DNA of 64,000 nucleotides from Octopus vulgaris (Eukaryota), in assembly GCA_951406725.2 (NCBI GenBank), contig OX597826.1:15748001-15812000 (forward strand), given 5' to 3'. The first letter of the stretch is position 1. Each line of letters begins with the position of its first letter. The translations under genes were made by a program, and so were the position numbers. Of the stretch, positions 25,002 through 38,441 are shown in pieces. The notes under the pieces are model-generated. The model made no database searches and was not told the origin of the DNA. It saw only the letters and a list, made by a program, of their open reading frames with translations.

Positions 25002-28000
25002 AATGTGGGAGTGGTGCCATGGCAGTAATTTGTTGAATGGTCAACTGCGCTGATCCACAGCTGATGGTAGCAGTCGCTGTTCATTTCTTTTGAATGTTTT
25101 GTTTATGAAATTTGCGTAGGTGTTATTTTAAACATCATTATTGATAAAGTTAGGAAGGAGAACGAAGGAGACGAAGAAGAAGAAGAAAAAGAAGAGGAAA
25201 GAGAAGGGAGAATAGGAAAGAATGTAGTGTCAAAGTAGTAAGGTGTTAAATGTTTAAATGACTTAAAATTGCCACGTTATGGATTATAGCAGTGATTTGG
25301 ACTGTTTTTTAATGAATACTTAGGAATCTCTTAAGTGTATAATTTTTAATATTTGTGTGTGTATGTGGTATTCTTAGGCTGGGGGTGGGAAATATGTCGT
25401 TTGTGAGAAGGGGCCTGTATTTTGTAATAAAGCGTGTCTCTTTACTAATTCGTTGGCTCCAGGTTGTATCGTTCCTGAATTGGTAGAGGGGAAAATTCCA
25501 AAGCTTGGATTTTTGTTATTGGCGCAAATGTCTATGTGTTGGCTGAATGCTATTTTTCTGTTTTGGGGAATTTTTATCTGGGATCTGTGCAGGGCCATTC
25601 TTTTACGTAGAATGTTTTTTGTTCGGCCTATGTATTGCTCTTGACACCCAAAGTAGGTTAATGTGTGTATCAGGTTCTCAGAAGCACATATGAAGTTGTT
25701 TTTCACTGTGAAACGTTGTCTCTGTTTGAAGGAGAAACCTGATCCCTAAATTAGATAATCGCATATCCCACAATTGGGTCTTCCACATTTTTTACTGACG
25801 GCTTCTGTGTTGTTGAGCGTATTGGGGCTTGTGTTAGGAGACTTTTCATAGATTTAGGCAGTCTCATGCTTTTTATGATGGTGTGTGTTTGGAGGATTAC
25901 GTTCTTTCAGTGGTCCTTTTTTAGCAGGGGTATGCTTTGGAGGATGGTGTCGAAGGCTTCATTGTTGAGAGGGTTGTGTGTGGAGATGTATGGTAAGGCT
26001 TTTGGTCGAACATTTTTCTTTAATTTGGGATGTCTTTGTTCTTGGATGTTGAATGGCACGTTGAAAGCATATGTCAATTAGTGAAGGTGGGTAGTTCCTG
26101 GTGATGAATGTATCTTTTAGATCACGTAGTCAGGTGTCTCTAGTGTTTGCATTAGAAACTATTGTACATATCCTTTTTGCTAGGTTGAAGGTGATATTCC
26201 TTCTGGTGTGTCTGGGGTGGCATGAATTGAATGGTAGATATTGCTTGGAATCCGTAGGCTTATAGTATATATCTGCTTCGATTACGTTGTTAGATTTCTT
26301 AATGAGGATGTCGAGGAAGGGGAGTTCTTGCCGGCTATATTCCATCGTGAATTGAATGTTTACGTCAAGTCCATTTAAAAGTGCTTGGAATTCTTCAAGT
26401 TTCTCTATATTTTCATGCCAAAGAATGAAACAGCCATCAAGATATCTCTTCCAGTTACTTTCTATGTAGAGAGAGAAAGGGCTGCCGTATCTTTGTAGAA
26501 CCTTACGATAAAGACTAATTTCTAGATATCCCATGATTAGGTAAGCAACGGAGGGGGCCATTCGCGTACCCATCGCAGTCCCCGATTTTTGTCGGTAGAA
26601 GTTGTCTTTGAAGGCGAAGTAGTTATTTTCCAAGATGAATTTTAGCTCTTCTACCACGAATTCCTTTTTGATGCGATGTGAGAGTTCGTTGGCGTAATTC
26701 TCTAGCCAGAATTAAATTGAACCTATTCCTAGGTTGTGGGGGATATTGGAATAGAGGTTGACTACATCGAAGGATACTAGTAGGATGTTTTTGGTTATTG
26801 TTTTAGGAAGGTGATTGAGAATATCGTCCCTTATATAGCTTTTGACATGGTAAAGGAATGATTTTAAGAAAGTATCTAAAAAGTTAGAGGCGGTGGGTTT
26901 CGCTTGCAGGACCTGCTATTATAGGTCTCAATTTGAGGTCATTAGGAGTAGGGACTTTAATTATTTTGTCTGTGGCTATCTTGCATGCGTTACGTATTTT
27001 CTCACTTTTTTATATCTTGGGAATACCGTAGAATTGGCTGGTTTTACTTTTGAAATTGGTCATGTAGTCATATTCTTTGTCGGCGAGCCCTTCTTTGTAT
27101 AGCTTTAACAAGGATTTTAGTTCTCTCATTATTTTTTGCTGACTGTAGTTTTGGGCCTTTTCATAATATGTTGTGTTTTCCTACATTGATAGTACTAAAG
27201 TTATATAGAATAATGTGTCCATTAAGACAACTGCACTCCCTTTATCGGCCTCTTTGATTGTTATTGTTTTGTCATTTTTTTTATTTGTTCAGCTCAGCCC
27301 ATTCTTTTTTGTTGAAGTTTGGTTAGTGTTTTTTTTGTGCATATGTTGATATGGGTAATTCGAGATGTGTTCACAGAAATAATCAATTGTTTTGTTCTTA
27401 ACTTTTGAGGGGTGTAGTTACTCCTATTTCGGACCAACGATTCGTCCTCGTTGTATTTGTCGTATAGTTCCTCAGCAAGTCGTAATTTTCTACAGAATTC
27501 TGCGATTTCTTCTTTCATTTCATTGTAGTCGGGGTGTTGTGGGGTGGGTGTATACTTGAGTCCTTTGGAGAGTATATTGATTTGGTTTGCTGTTAGTTCT
27601 TTGTGAGTTAGATTGATAATTTTTATCACTTTTGGTTCTTCCTGCCTCTTTGGTGCTATCTTGCGTCTCTGTGCTTGCGTATTGAGTCTTAAAATGATTG
27701 GGGTGGTTGGGACGGTAGCTATTATGTAGTTGTTGTTGTGGGGTGCCCTGTTGTGATTTATGGTGTGGGTTCTTGGAACAGTATTGAAGAGTGTGTCCCG
27801 ATATCCCATATTCAGGTATGACGTTTTAGGGGGCCATCGTTAGTAATTATTGCGTGGGGTGCGGGTTTGTTGCGCATGGTTGTTTAGTAGGTTGTTGGAA
27901 CGAAAATCTCGTTGGTAACTCCTTATTGGGGGGAGTAGGTTGCAGCGTCTATCCTCTCGGTAGTGATTTATCCTTTCTCTGTTTGAAGTTAGGGTACTCC

Positions 28001-29049
28001 CGATATTGTATCACTGGTGGCTTACAAATTTAGGGTTAGGTCCTGTATTCTTTTCTTTTTGGTCGGGGTGATGGTTCCGATTTTTAGACAGGTGGGTATC
28101 AGTGTTTGAGTGTTGTTTTGATTTTCTTATTTTCAGGAAAGGATTGTTGGAAGCGTGCTCTGTTTGAAAGACGGTTTCAGAGTTTGAGAACCAAGTGGCG
28201 CTTTTCTCCCAGCGTTGGAGAGATTTCAGTTCTTCTTTTTCACAGTCCTCTTTCCATAGTTTGGAGATCTTCTCTTGATTTGGCCCTTAGGTCATTTTGT
28301 GAATTTCTTGGTTGATCTCTTCATCGGTGGATTTTACTTTATCTTCATTCGTTTGGGCCCTCAAATTTAGAAGTTCTATTTCCATTTTCCTTTTTTCCAT
28401 TGCCATTCTTTCCCTAAGGCATCATTGTGCTTCAGGTTCCCCTGTAATAGCTTTAATCTGGAATTTACGTGGGAGAATTAACGGTGTCCGGTTGAGCCAT
28501 TTTTGTTTTTTATAAAATTATTTTAGCATTTTCTATCTTGACTTTTTTCCATATATATCGACTAGATCATCTTCCAAAAAGCGAACTTTCTATCTCTGAG
28601 TGATTTGTTCCATATGTGCTGTTTCATTTGGTATGTTGTGAGAGTATTGATCCCATATGCTGTCTCGTTTGGAGGTCCTTGATTCGCGTTGTTAGAGAGA
28701 AATGTTCTAATTGTTTTGCATAATTTTCCAAGGTTTTCGGCGATTTCGGAGGTTGTATTTTTCGTATTAGTTTCCTCATTGTTCTCCCAAATGGGTTAAT
28801 GTGTCGAGTCGAATTCATTTGAAATGTTGACAGATTTGTGTTGATTTTCTTGAGTTCTTTCAGTACTTCTTCATTTATGGAAGTGACTGTGTCTGTTTTT
28901 GTCGGCATTTTGTGTATCTCGTGTGGGTTAATGATATGCAGACCGATGAAATGGAACACTCTAGTCGATATATATGGAAAAAAGTCAAGATAGAAAATGC
29001 TAAAATAATTTTATAAAAAACATTTCATATATATATAGAAAGAGATTTA

Positions 29050-29121
<72 letters not shown>

Positions 29122-29266
29122 AGTACATATATGTATATTCATATTCATGTATATATATAGATAGATATATACGTATATGTATATATACATATATATGTAT
29201 ATTTATATGCATGCATATATATGTATATATATATATATATACATGTATACATATTTAAATGCATAG

Positions 29267-30178
29267 TGTTACGGCCGCAAGGAAAAGTAAACGAACAAAA
29301 ACACATTAAGCCCTTGTTCCATTAGTTGGAATTGAACCGGTGCTCCAGTTGTTCAGGACAATGGTATTTCCTTTGTCCTGTCAAAGAGCACGATTATTAA
29401 TGGCCTTACGCAGTCGACTATGGCCCCACACGGTCACGGAAAGTTTAAAAAATTAAAACTTTTGGGAAGGGATCTACACACTGCTGTCATCGATATCTCT
29501 CTTCTTCTAGCTGCTGACCGTTATAATTATGGCTAGCATTAAGTAAAAGGTGGAGTCGGCGAGAGGCAGCCAAGAAGATGACAGTCAGAGACTGACAGAG
29601 ACAGACAGGTGTAGTTGGAGATGGCGGAAACGAGAGACGGTAGTGAAAGAGATGACAACGAGGGGCCAAACAAGTTGTAGTAGAGGTTTATGAAGTTAAA
29701 TATTGTTGCCGGCGCGAATATAAGAAACAAATGTTCTGGTAATGTTGTTTTTCTGTATGTTTTGAATTCTAATGCTTAAATGTAAACATTTGAAAAAAAG
29801 AAGAGAAGAGACGATGTGTTGTTGAAATGAAAAAAAGAGAGAGGATCTGACGTAACCGTTGAAAAGAAAAAAAGGGAGCGTGTTGTTGGCTGTCTTTAAA
29901 AGAAAAAAAAATGGAGAAAATAAGATAACTTGGAAAGGATTTTAAAAGAAAAGAAGGAACTTTTTGAGAACTATCGTGTTAAAAAAAGAAACGTTTGAAT
30001 TACGCAACTCCGCTGTATGTCTCTTTCTTTTGTTGTTGCTGTTGTTGTTTTGGTTCCTGGCTGCGTTCGCCGCCTTCCTTCTTTCCCGTGATGGATTTCC
30101 GGTTTACTGAGTGTCATCGTCGCGACTTAAGGCCCGTGGTGGAATCGGAAGGCCCTGGGCCTGAGTGCCGGCGTAACA
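29267..30178. mobile_element. Probable solo LTR (912 bp)
   Basis: TG...CA termini with a terminal inverted repeat (TGTTACG/CGTAACA). The flanks ATAG/ATAT are an imperfect 4-bp TSD. It is non-coding and embedded in TA-rich microsatellite. Confidence 0.7.
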
Positions 30179-30189
30179 ATATATATACA

Positions 30190-30243
<54 letters not shown>

Positions 30244-30364
30244 CATATATATGTATATATATACATGTATATATATATATATATATGCATATATATACCT
30301 ATGTATATATGTATATTTATATATATATTTATATGTGTATATATATATGTATAAATATATGTAT

Positions 30365-30406
<42 letters not shown>

Positions 30407-30424
30407 GTTTGTGTGTGTGCGTGC

Positions 30425-30651
30425 GTCTGTGCGTGTGCGTGCGAGTCTGTGTGCGTGCGTTTTCACACGCACCATCGCTTGACAACCAACGTTGCTGTGT
30501 TTGCGTCACCGTAACAGCTGTTTGGCAAAACACACCGATAGAAAATTACTATGCTTATAAACAATAAATCCTGGGCTCAAATTCTTCGACTAAAGGCGAT
30601 GCTCCAGCATGGCCGTAGTCACACGACCGAAACCCAGTTAAGCAATAAAGA
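30425..30651 (+). mobile_element. SINE family A, 3' half
   Basis: CATCGCTTGACAACC...CCGTAAC...GGCAAAA...CGACTAAAGGCGATGCTCCAGCATGGCCG matches 60390-60560. Confidence 0.75.
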
Positions 30652-32921
30652 GCTATGCCATCTTAATCACGAGCAAGGCCGGTTATCTGTGCTAGTTTCG
30701 TACATAGTATAGATATACGTATGTACCAATTACTCATAGAAAGTAATTAGAGAATGTGAAGTATTAGCCTGTTGCTGTAAAGTAAGTGTTTCTCCTGTAA
30801 ACGCTTTCTTTACATGAAATGATTTGCAACCTCAACAAGGTTTCGAAGCAAATGTTTCTGGGAGAGGAGCGATAGACATAATGCCAAACACAATACTCTG
30901 ATACAAAAAGCCTATTTATGACAAACATTACAGATAGTAAAAAAAATAATGGAAACAGATTTCGAATACGACGGAAAGGTAATAAAATAAATGTTTTGAG
31001 AACAATAAAAATGGTAACTATGATGGCAATTTAGGAGCTAATAAAATGAACAGAGATGATAATAAAATAACCGATAAAAGTATTTAAATGATTGCTCAAA
31101 CTTTTGATGAGCAGTTCGGAAACATAAGCTAATGAAATATGATGAAGTTAATTTTGGAAAACAACAGACAGTGATTAGTTCAAAATTCAGCTGTTTTGGA
31201 AAGAAATATATTTGCCCATAGAACTCATAGCGTGCTTGTAAATTTTCAAAGGTGCTTAAATCAGAGTCGATTCCCTTACTTTGACAAACAGGTTCCTGTT
31301 TGTAATATAAGGTAATATCTATACTTGGAAGACAAGGAAATGAAGCTCAGCTAAACACCATCCATAAAATTCTCCCATGATACAGTGACTGGGTTACAGA
31401 ATGAGTTTATCATCAACCTGATTAAACGTTCAAATCTACAGTCTAACAAACCGGTTAGTATTTGTTTGTTGCTGGAAAGTGCGTGTTGAATGAACAGCAT
31501 TTCTTTGTTAAACTCATTTAGGTATTGTAAAAATGCTACAGATCTCTATGTTAGAATCTATTCTACACGGTCAAACCGAAACACCTTTCTTGAGAACATC
31601 CTGGTAAATATACCCGGTTGGTTTTGGAAGCTTTAAATATGAGAAACCATTTGATCCGTCGTTAAACGATCGCAGTCAGTTCACCACGAAATCTGTGCCT
31701 AAGTTTGAAAGATTGACCTACTTAGAATATATAAATATATCTATAAATGTATCTAAATGTATCTATAAATGTATCTTATTATATTTTCAGGTATAGCGTA
31801 TCAGAAAAAATCCCAGAAAATTGTTGAACGAATATTCTGAAATAAATTCCATTGATATATTGATATAATGTGACTTACCATTGAAATAAAATTTTGGTAT
31901 TGTTCCTGTTAGGAATTGCTTGCTGCAAAATATTCTTTGCCAAATCTGCCACGACTCCTCACGTTATGCTGTGATTGTCTGACATATATTGACAAATGCT
32001 TTGGAGGTACTTAATGCAATAATTGGAATGAAATACAAAGTGCACTGTATAGAAGAATCAGATCAATCAATCAATTTTATTACATGTCCTCTGATCAATG
32101 ACTGAGTGTTTCAACAATAAATTTGTTAAATTGAAAATACATTGTTATTGGCTTTAAGATAATGATACTCAAAACGCCAGTCAATGATTAATAATTTTGA
32201 AAAAAATCCTTTATTCTAATATAAATAAAAGCGCATTTTAGTATTCTTGAAAATTATTAGCGCTAGATATTTCCTCCATGCACTAGGGAAGCATATTTTG
32301 AGACAGCGATTTGCTAGTGGAAAAGTTTGGTAAATAATATACGGATATCTTTTTGAAGTACTTTTGAATTGAAATTACCGTGCGATTCATACAATTATGT
32401 TAAATGATGTGAAATGAAGTTCTGAAATAGTGTAAATGGACATATTAGTATTTTGAACCAGCTGAAAGGAGATCATCAAGTTTATTGTATACGGTAGAAT
32501 TCTGAAGCTGGTAATCTTACTATAAAGCGTTGTTTGTTTAGAGTTAATATCTTCTTTGTGTCATGTTTCGTTCCACTTCTTATCCCAACTAATTTTTCTT
32601 TACAATTGAATGAAAGCAATAAAATTCTCTTTAAGATCAGTGATTCAACGTTTTAGACGTCATAAACCGAGGGAAACAAAACAGTTTCTGATTATCTTTT
32701 TGGAAACAAAAGGAATAAATGATATGTGTTGATTTTTACCACACGAACATACGCAAGCGCGCACACATACCTGCAGTCATATTTAAACCTACACATACAA
32801 CTGTACAGAGAAAGCGTATTGGCGTACACATACTGAAATTCGCTTGTGTATATATGAAAAGCTCTCGGTGTGTGATTAGGATGTTAAATTTAAGATCACG
32901 TTTTTACAAGATTGACACTTA

Positions 32922-33049
<128 letters not shown>

Positions 33050-33064
33050 TATTCTTTTATATTT

Positions 33065-33287
33065 TTATTCTATCACTTATTTCAGTTATTTGACTACGGT
33101 CATGCTGGAGCATCGCCTTTATTCAAACAAATCGACAACAGGACTTATTCTTTGCAAGCCAAGTACGTATTCTATCGGGATCTTTTGCCGAACCGCTAAT
33201 GTTACGGTGACGTAAACACACCAACATCGGTTGTCAAGCGATAGTGGGGGGACAAGCATACACACACAAATATATACATACACACAT

Positions 33288-33341
<54 letters not shown>

Positions 33342-33460
33342 ACATATATATAACGGGCTTCTTTCAGTCTACTAAATCCACTCACACGGCTTGTCCAAGG
33401 TGGGACTGAACCCAGAAACAGGTCATTGGGAAGCAAGACTCTTAGCACACAGCCACTCCT
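33065..33460 (-). mobile_element. SINE family A, minus strand
   Basis: Reverse complement of the family A 3' half, internal (TA)n and head (GGGACTGAACCC...CACACAGCCACTCCT). Confidence 0.8.
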
Positions 33461-33469
33461 ACAATTTAA

Positions 33470-34698
33470 AAAATTTATTACAAAGGCAAATGATGGGATA
33501 TATTTATCAAAGTTGTTTTATTTACTCAGTTGCTGTCAAAGTTTTTAACCACATCGCATTTCCGTTTTTCAGGTAATCTATTGAGGGAAAACATTCGGTT
33601 AAATGTCCCCCCACCCCCCCAAAAAGCTACTCCTCAAAAGGTACAATGTGTATCGTGGTGTGTTGAAAGAAAATTGGACACACAGACCCAGTGGAACTAC
33701 AGGATTAAGTATGGAAGAAATCCACCGCCCTGTCTGTCAATTTGTGCATGACAAGAAATTTAAGGAAACAGGAATAGTGCTGGATAAAAGGAGTAGTGGA
33801 CAATGAAAGCTATAATCGTGTAAGCCAACCCTTTACTAGTCCTCCTACAAATTCCATACTTAGTGCTGCCAGACATTTACAGCTACTACGCTGAACAATG
33901 CACAAAGTTCTACACCAGAAGTTACGATTGTATGCTTAAAAAGTGCAAATCTTACAGGCACTCGAACCAAATGATAAAGCAAGACGAAAATTGTTTGCAG
34001 TTAACATGCTGGAACAAATTTCAGCGTTCCTCACCCGAGTTTGATTTAGCCATGAGGCAGACTTTCATGCTTCAGTAAGAATATAAATGTGAGAATCTTG
34101 GAATCAGAACAGCTCCATGTGACCCCATCCAAAAATGAATATCTGATGTTGGGATGATATGTAATCAAATCATTGGTCCAGTTTATCTTCATAGAGAGAT
34201 AACTTTCTGCAGTTGAGTACCTTGAACACTTGACTGAATATGTGGCACCAGAACTGGATGACCTTCAGCCAGCCATCATTGTCCAGCACCACACTGGGGA
34301 GTGCATGTTCGTGGGTTCCTAAATCACACATTTCCAGACCAGTGGATTGGAAGGAGTGGCCTAATTCCCTGGCCACCTCGTTTCCCAGATATCATTTGAA
34401 CTATTTTCTATGGGGTTATGTTAAAGACATCGTGTATCGAACAAAGAAACAAGACATCACCGACCTGAAGCAAAGGTTCACTGTTGACATTGCCACCATT
34501 CATAAAGCTGTACTACAACGGACATGACAAGAAATTGAGTTTTTATGTGCTTCGTGCAACTAATGGTGTCTCCACAGAGATGTATTAAATTATGCACTTC
34601 AATATATTTTACTTTTGTGATAATTTCTACAGATTTATCAAATTATTTGCTTCTGCAATTAATTTTTAATATTGTAAGCAGACTTTATGAACACTCTG
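33470..34698 (+). mobile_element. Degenerate Tc1/mariner-superfamily transposon (rosa/DD41D-like)
   Basis: N-terminus ATPQKVQCVSWCVE...QTQWNYRIKYGRNPP, then YFLWGYVKDIVYRTK..DITDLKQR. It ends GACTTTATGAACACTCTG|TA. The left TIR was not found. Confidence 0.75.
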
Positions 34699-34844
34699 TA
34701 CACACACACACACACACATACACATATATACACATGCATAAATACTTCTCTGTGTGGGTGGGCGCGCACAGTCTGTGTGTATGCGTATATAATTCTTTCT
34801 AGTAAAACAGACCACGCAATTTAGGAGGAAGGGGTTAAGTGAAT

Positions 34845-34955
34845 ACATTGACCCCTAGCAGTTGTTTTATCAACCTCGGAATTTGAACTGAGAACGTGAA
34901 GCCGGAAGTAATGCTGCAGTCTATTTTGTCCACCATATTTACGATTCTGCCTGCC
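34845..34955 (-). mobile_element. Degenerate fragment of SINE family D
   Basis: CAACCTCGGAATTTGAACT.AGAACGT...TACGATTCTGCC is the reverse complement of the head at 47770-47870. Confidence 0.5.
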
Positions 34956-36039
34956 CGACACACCATGTGTAATGATTTAAGAATGTTAATGATGATGGTG
35001 ATAATGATGATGATGATGATGATGACGTTCATGATGCTGATGATGATGATGATGATGAAGTTCATGATGTTACTGATTTAGGTAAAAGTGAAGAGTCTTA
35101 AATGGAAAGAAATATTGAAGAGGGAAACATGTAAAACAGAATAATTATGGATAATGGTTATAAGGATACATTGAAAATAAAGTTAATGATAAAAATTTGC
35201 TCAATAATAGCCACAAACCGCGCTGACAGGTTGGAAAATTCTACCTAAATTGACCAAAGGAATCCGTGGTCCATATTACGTTTTATCACAAAATCTTCAA
35301 TATAAATCTTTGTCTGAGCTTTCAGAATATTCAGTGGTGTCATTAAATCAGAGCGGCTGGTAATGTCTTGCGTCTAATGGATGTTCCATGTGAAATACTG
35401 TGTAAGTATCAAACTACACTTTAATGTTAGTCTCTCTGTCTTATTTTATTTCTAGTCTGGACCCAATTTGTAGAATGCCAACACTGTATCCAAATGATTG
35501 TCGGTTACATTTTCTTTATGCTAAAATAGCTATGAACACAATTCTCTCCTGGAGAAGTGTTCCTTCTCCAGTGCAATATGTTGACTATTCTTACATATTA
35601 GTATCCACTTTGCGAAATGGTTTTGTTGTTTGGGTGTTTTTTTATTGTAGGAATCATTTGTAGTTTTGTTTCCCCGAGGACGTTGGCAACTTTCCCCTCC
35701 ACACTATTTGTTCCTTAACCTTGTAACTAGATGTAAGAAGATTTATAGAGAATGTGGGTTCAATATTGTTCGCCTCGTCTGGGCCCCACTATTGCTATTT
35801 CTCGTCAAGCATTTTCTTTTCCATTCCCCCTCTCTCTGTCACTACTGATTCTACTTGGGAAAGATTCCTTAGGCTTTTTCGTCGGCTTCTAAAACTAACA
35901 GTAAAACAATGTATTTTGACGTCTCTAAAACTGTGTTGCCTTAGAATCAGCAACCTCTCTGATGTGCTGTTGCTGCTGAGATTTCCTTTTCATTCATCGC
36001 GGACAAGATGCCATTAAATGATTTGTATATATGCGTGTG

Positions 36040-36371
36040 AAGGCGCATGGCTCAGTGGTTAGAGCGTCGAGCTTACGATCGTGAGGTTGTGAGCTCGAAT
36101 CCCGGACCGGGCTGCGTGTTGTGTTCTTGAGCAAGACACCTTATTTCACGTTGCTCCAGTTAATGAGCAAGTTAATGAGTTGCGACGTCACAGGTGCCAG
36201 GCTGTATCGGCCTTTGCCTTTCCATTGGATAACACTTGTGGCGTGGAGAGGGGAGGCTGGTATGCATGAGCGACTGCTTTTTTCCATAAAACAACCTTGT
36301 CCGGATTGTGCCTGGGAGGATAACTTTCTAGGTGCAATCCCACGGTCAGTCATGACCGAAGGGGATCTCAA
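36040..36371 (+). mobile_element. tRNA-derived SINE, family B, with 13-bp TSD
   Basis: A box TGGCTCAGTGG, B-box-like GCTCGAATCCC, and TSD ATATATGCGTGTG at 36027-36039 and 36372-36384. Confidence 0.9.
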
Positions 36372-37630
36372 ATATATGCGTGTGTAGCATCTGGTATTTA
36401 TACTGTGAACGAACAGGTTTGTAACTTTTCTATAGGCACTTGCTACTGAGCATGTCTTTGTTATTGGTTTATGCACTTGTGGGTGAAGCCCTTTTGTGTG
36501 CTTATAGTAACCCATATTTATATGTGCACATTTTGCCAAATGGCAAGTCGACATTGAGTAATTTCCCGTATTGTTTTACAAAGTGGATCACCAATATTCT
36601 TCATGATGATCCCTTTATTCGGCCTTCTTTAATAATACAGGAAGAACTTTTGTGCCAGTGTGTTAAGCACTGACTAATCATGTGCTCTAGCCCAATCTTC
36701 AGTTCTGAAAGCAATCCATTTTATTATATGCTCTCCTTCCCCGATATATGCCACTTCACGCTACGAATCCGCAGGGAATGCTTTTAATTGCTGTTTGGAG
36801 TGCATAAGGTAATTTTCTATAGCTTTTATACATACAGGCAAGGTATTATAAAATTTCCCTCATCTGTGTGAGCTAGCCATCTGCATAGAAGCATGCGCAT
36901 TCGTGACATAATATTAATATAATACCCGCTTCTCTTTTTAATGTTTCATATATAGTATCCAGCAATAGAAAAGATCACAGAAAACGTCAATTTCGAAAGT
37001 CTACGCACGAATACTTACATTATCATTGTTATTCTTTATGTCATGATTGTTTACAAATTGCTGTTTTCTACCAAAGCGTAATGAAAATTCATGTATATTT
37101 GCTAATTTTTGTTCTTGTAATGTGTTTATCAGCTGTCTTGCCTGTTTGTTGCTACTTTTCTTGGGATGTTTCCAATATCATCTGATTTAAAATTAAACAT
37201 TGTTCTATTTTATTATGTGATTGCACAGCACATCTTTCATATCCTTGCCTCGATGGTGAAATTTGTCTGTCAACTGATGGTTAAATGCTTGCCGGAAGGA
37301 CAATGTATTGTTCTTTTCGTGTTTTATGGACTTAATTTCTCACAAGCTTTACACACCACCTAGGACTTGGATAACTTTAGTATGTACACTTATGTTGCTA
37401 ACACTCAGTTTAAGTGTTATGTTAGATCACAACGTCATTCAGCACCACCCCATCCCACCCGTTTAGTCCAGGCTTTGAAAATTTACTTAGTACCGCATTT
37501 CTCCGTCTCTTTCTAAGTCATTAAAAAAGTTTCAGATTATAAGTCAGTGCAATTAATATTCATATTTCTTGGCATCGACTCCTGCCTAGAAGTTTCCTTT
37601 GTAAAAGTAAGGTGTGATGTAGCAGTAGTA

Positions 37631-37861
37631 TTAAGTTAAGTTAAGTTAAGTTAATTTTTTGGCTCAAAAAGCAAAAGCAAGGCCATGTAGGGGGACATGG
37701 AGTTATGTACAGGGAGGGTGTTCAGGCCATTTCTGGTCAAGAGAGACTTTGAACCGAACGGTCGTCGGCATCTTCACTATCTCGTCCGGCAGCTTATTCC
37801 ACGGATCCGCAACCCGGACGGAGAAAGCCCCTCTTCTTTGATTGAGATGAAATCGTCGTAG
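37631..37861 (-). mobile_element. Short 3' fragment of the CR1-group LINE
   Basis: Closely matches 9310-9525 (GCAAGGCCATGTAGGGGGACATGGAG...CCACGGATCCGCAACCCGGACGGAGAAAGC) and has a (TTAAC)n tail. Confidence 0.9.
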
Positions 37862-38149
37862 ATTATTGCATTATGAGTTGTTCTGGTTAAGACAAATAAT
37901 AAAGGTCGTCCTGCATTCTTGACATATTCAAGGATCGTTAGAGACTTCAAGCATACGCACATCAGTCACTATGGCTGTCCTCATCTGTAAGTGATGCTGG
38001 TAGTTATAAGCTGAAAGCGGGAACTCACACATAGTCGTGACTGATAGTAAATGGAAGCCAAGTCTCGTTACCACCGTAATTATTTTACAGCATTTTGTAT
38101 AATTGTCATAGAGATGATATGTCTCTCTAAGAGGTGTCGTCACAATCAC

Positions 38150-38177
38150 AACAGCAGCAGCAGCAGTCGTCGTCGTC

Positions 38178-38211
<34 letters not shown>

Positions 38212-38292
38212 AAGTAGTAGCAATAGTAGCAGCAGCAGCAGCAGTAGTATTAGTAGTAGTAGCAACAACAGCAGCAGTAGTAGTAATAGTAG

Positions 38293-38340
<48 letters not shown>

Positions 38341-38350
38341 TAGTAGTAGT

Positions 38351-38441
<91 letters not shown>
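38150..38441. repeat. Compound (AGC)n/(AGT)n microsatellite
   Basis: Read directly from the sequence. It is the source of the poly-Ser ORF. Confidence 0.95.

Larger units (their letters stand above)
24591..29027 (-). mobile_element. Penelope-like element 1 (decayed, near full length, Neptune-like)
   Basis: Frameshifted ORF from ~28908 to ~25374 with INLT...ILSKGLKYTPTP, the RT motifs QKSGTAMGTRMAP, WKRYLDGCF, LPFLDI and YYKPTD...SCHP, and GIY-YIG NLIHTL...YIGRT. The direct pLTR sequence AAGATAGAAAATGCTAAAATAATTTTATAAAAAACATTTCA occurs at both ends, with (TA)n flanks. Confidence 0.93.

Noticed and set aside
36041-36115. tRNA gene
   Set aside because: It is a tRNA-like head continuous with a SINE body and bounded by a TSD, with no proper cloverleaf or terminator.
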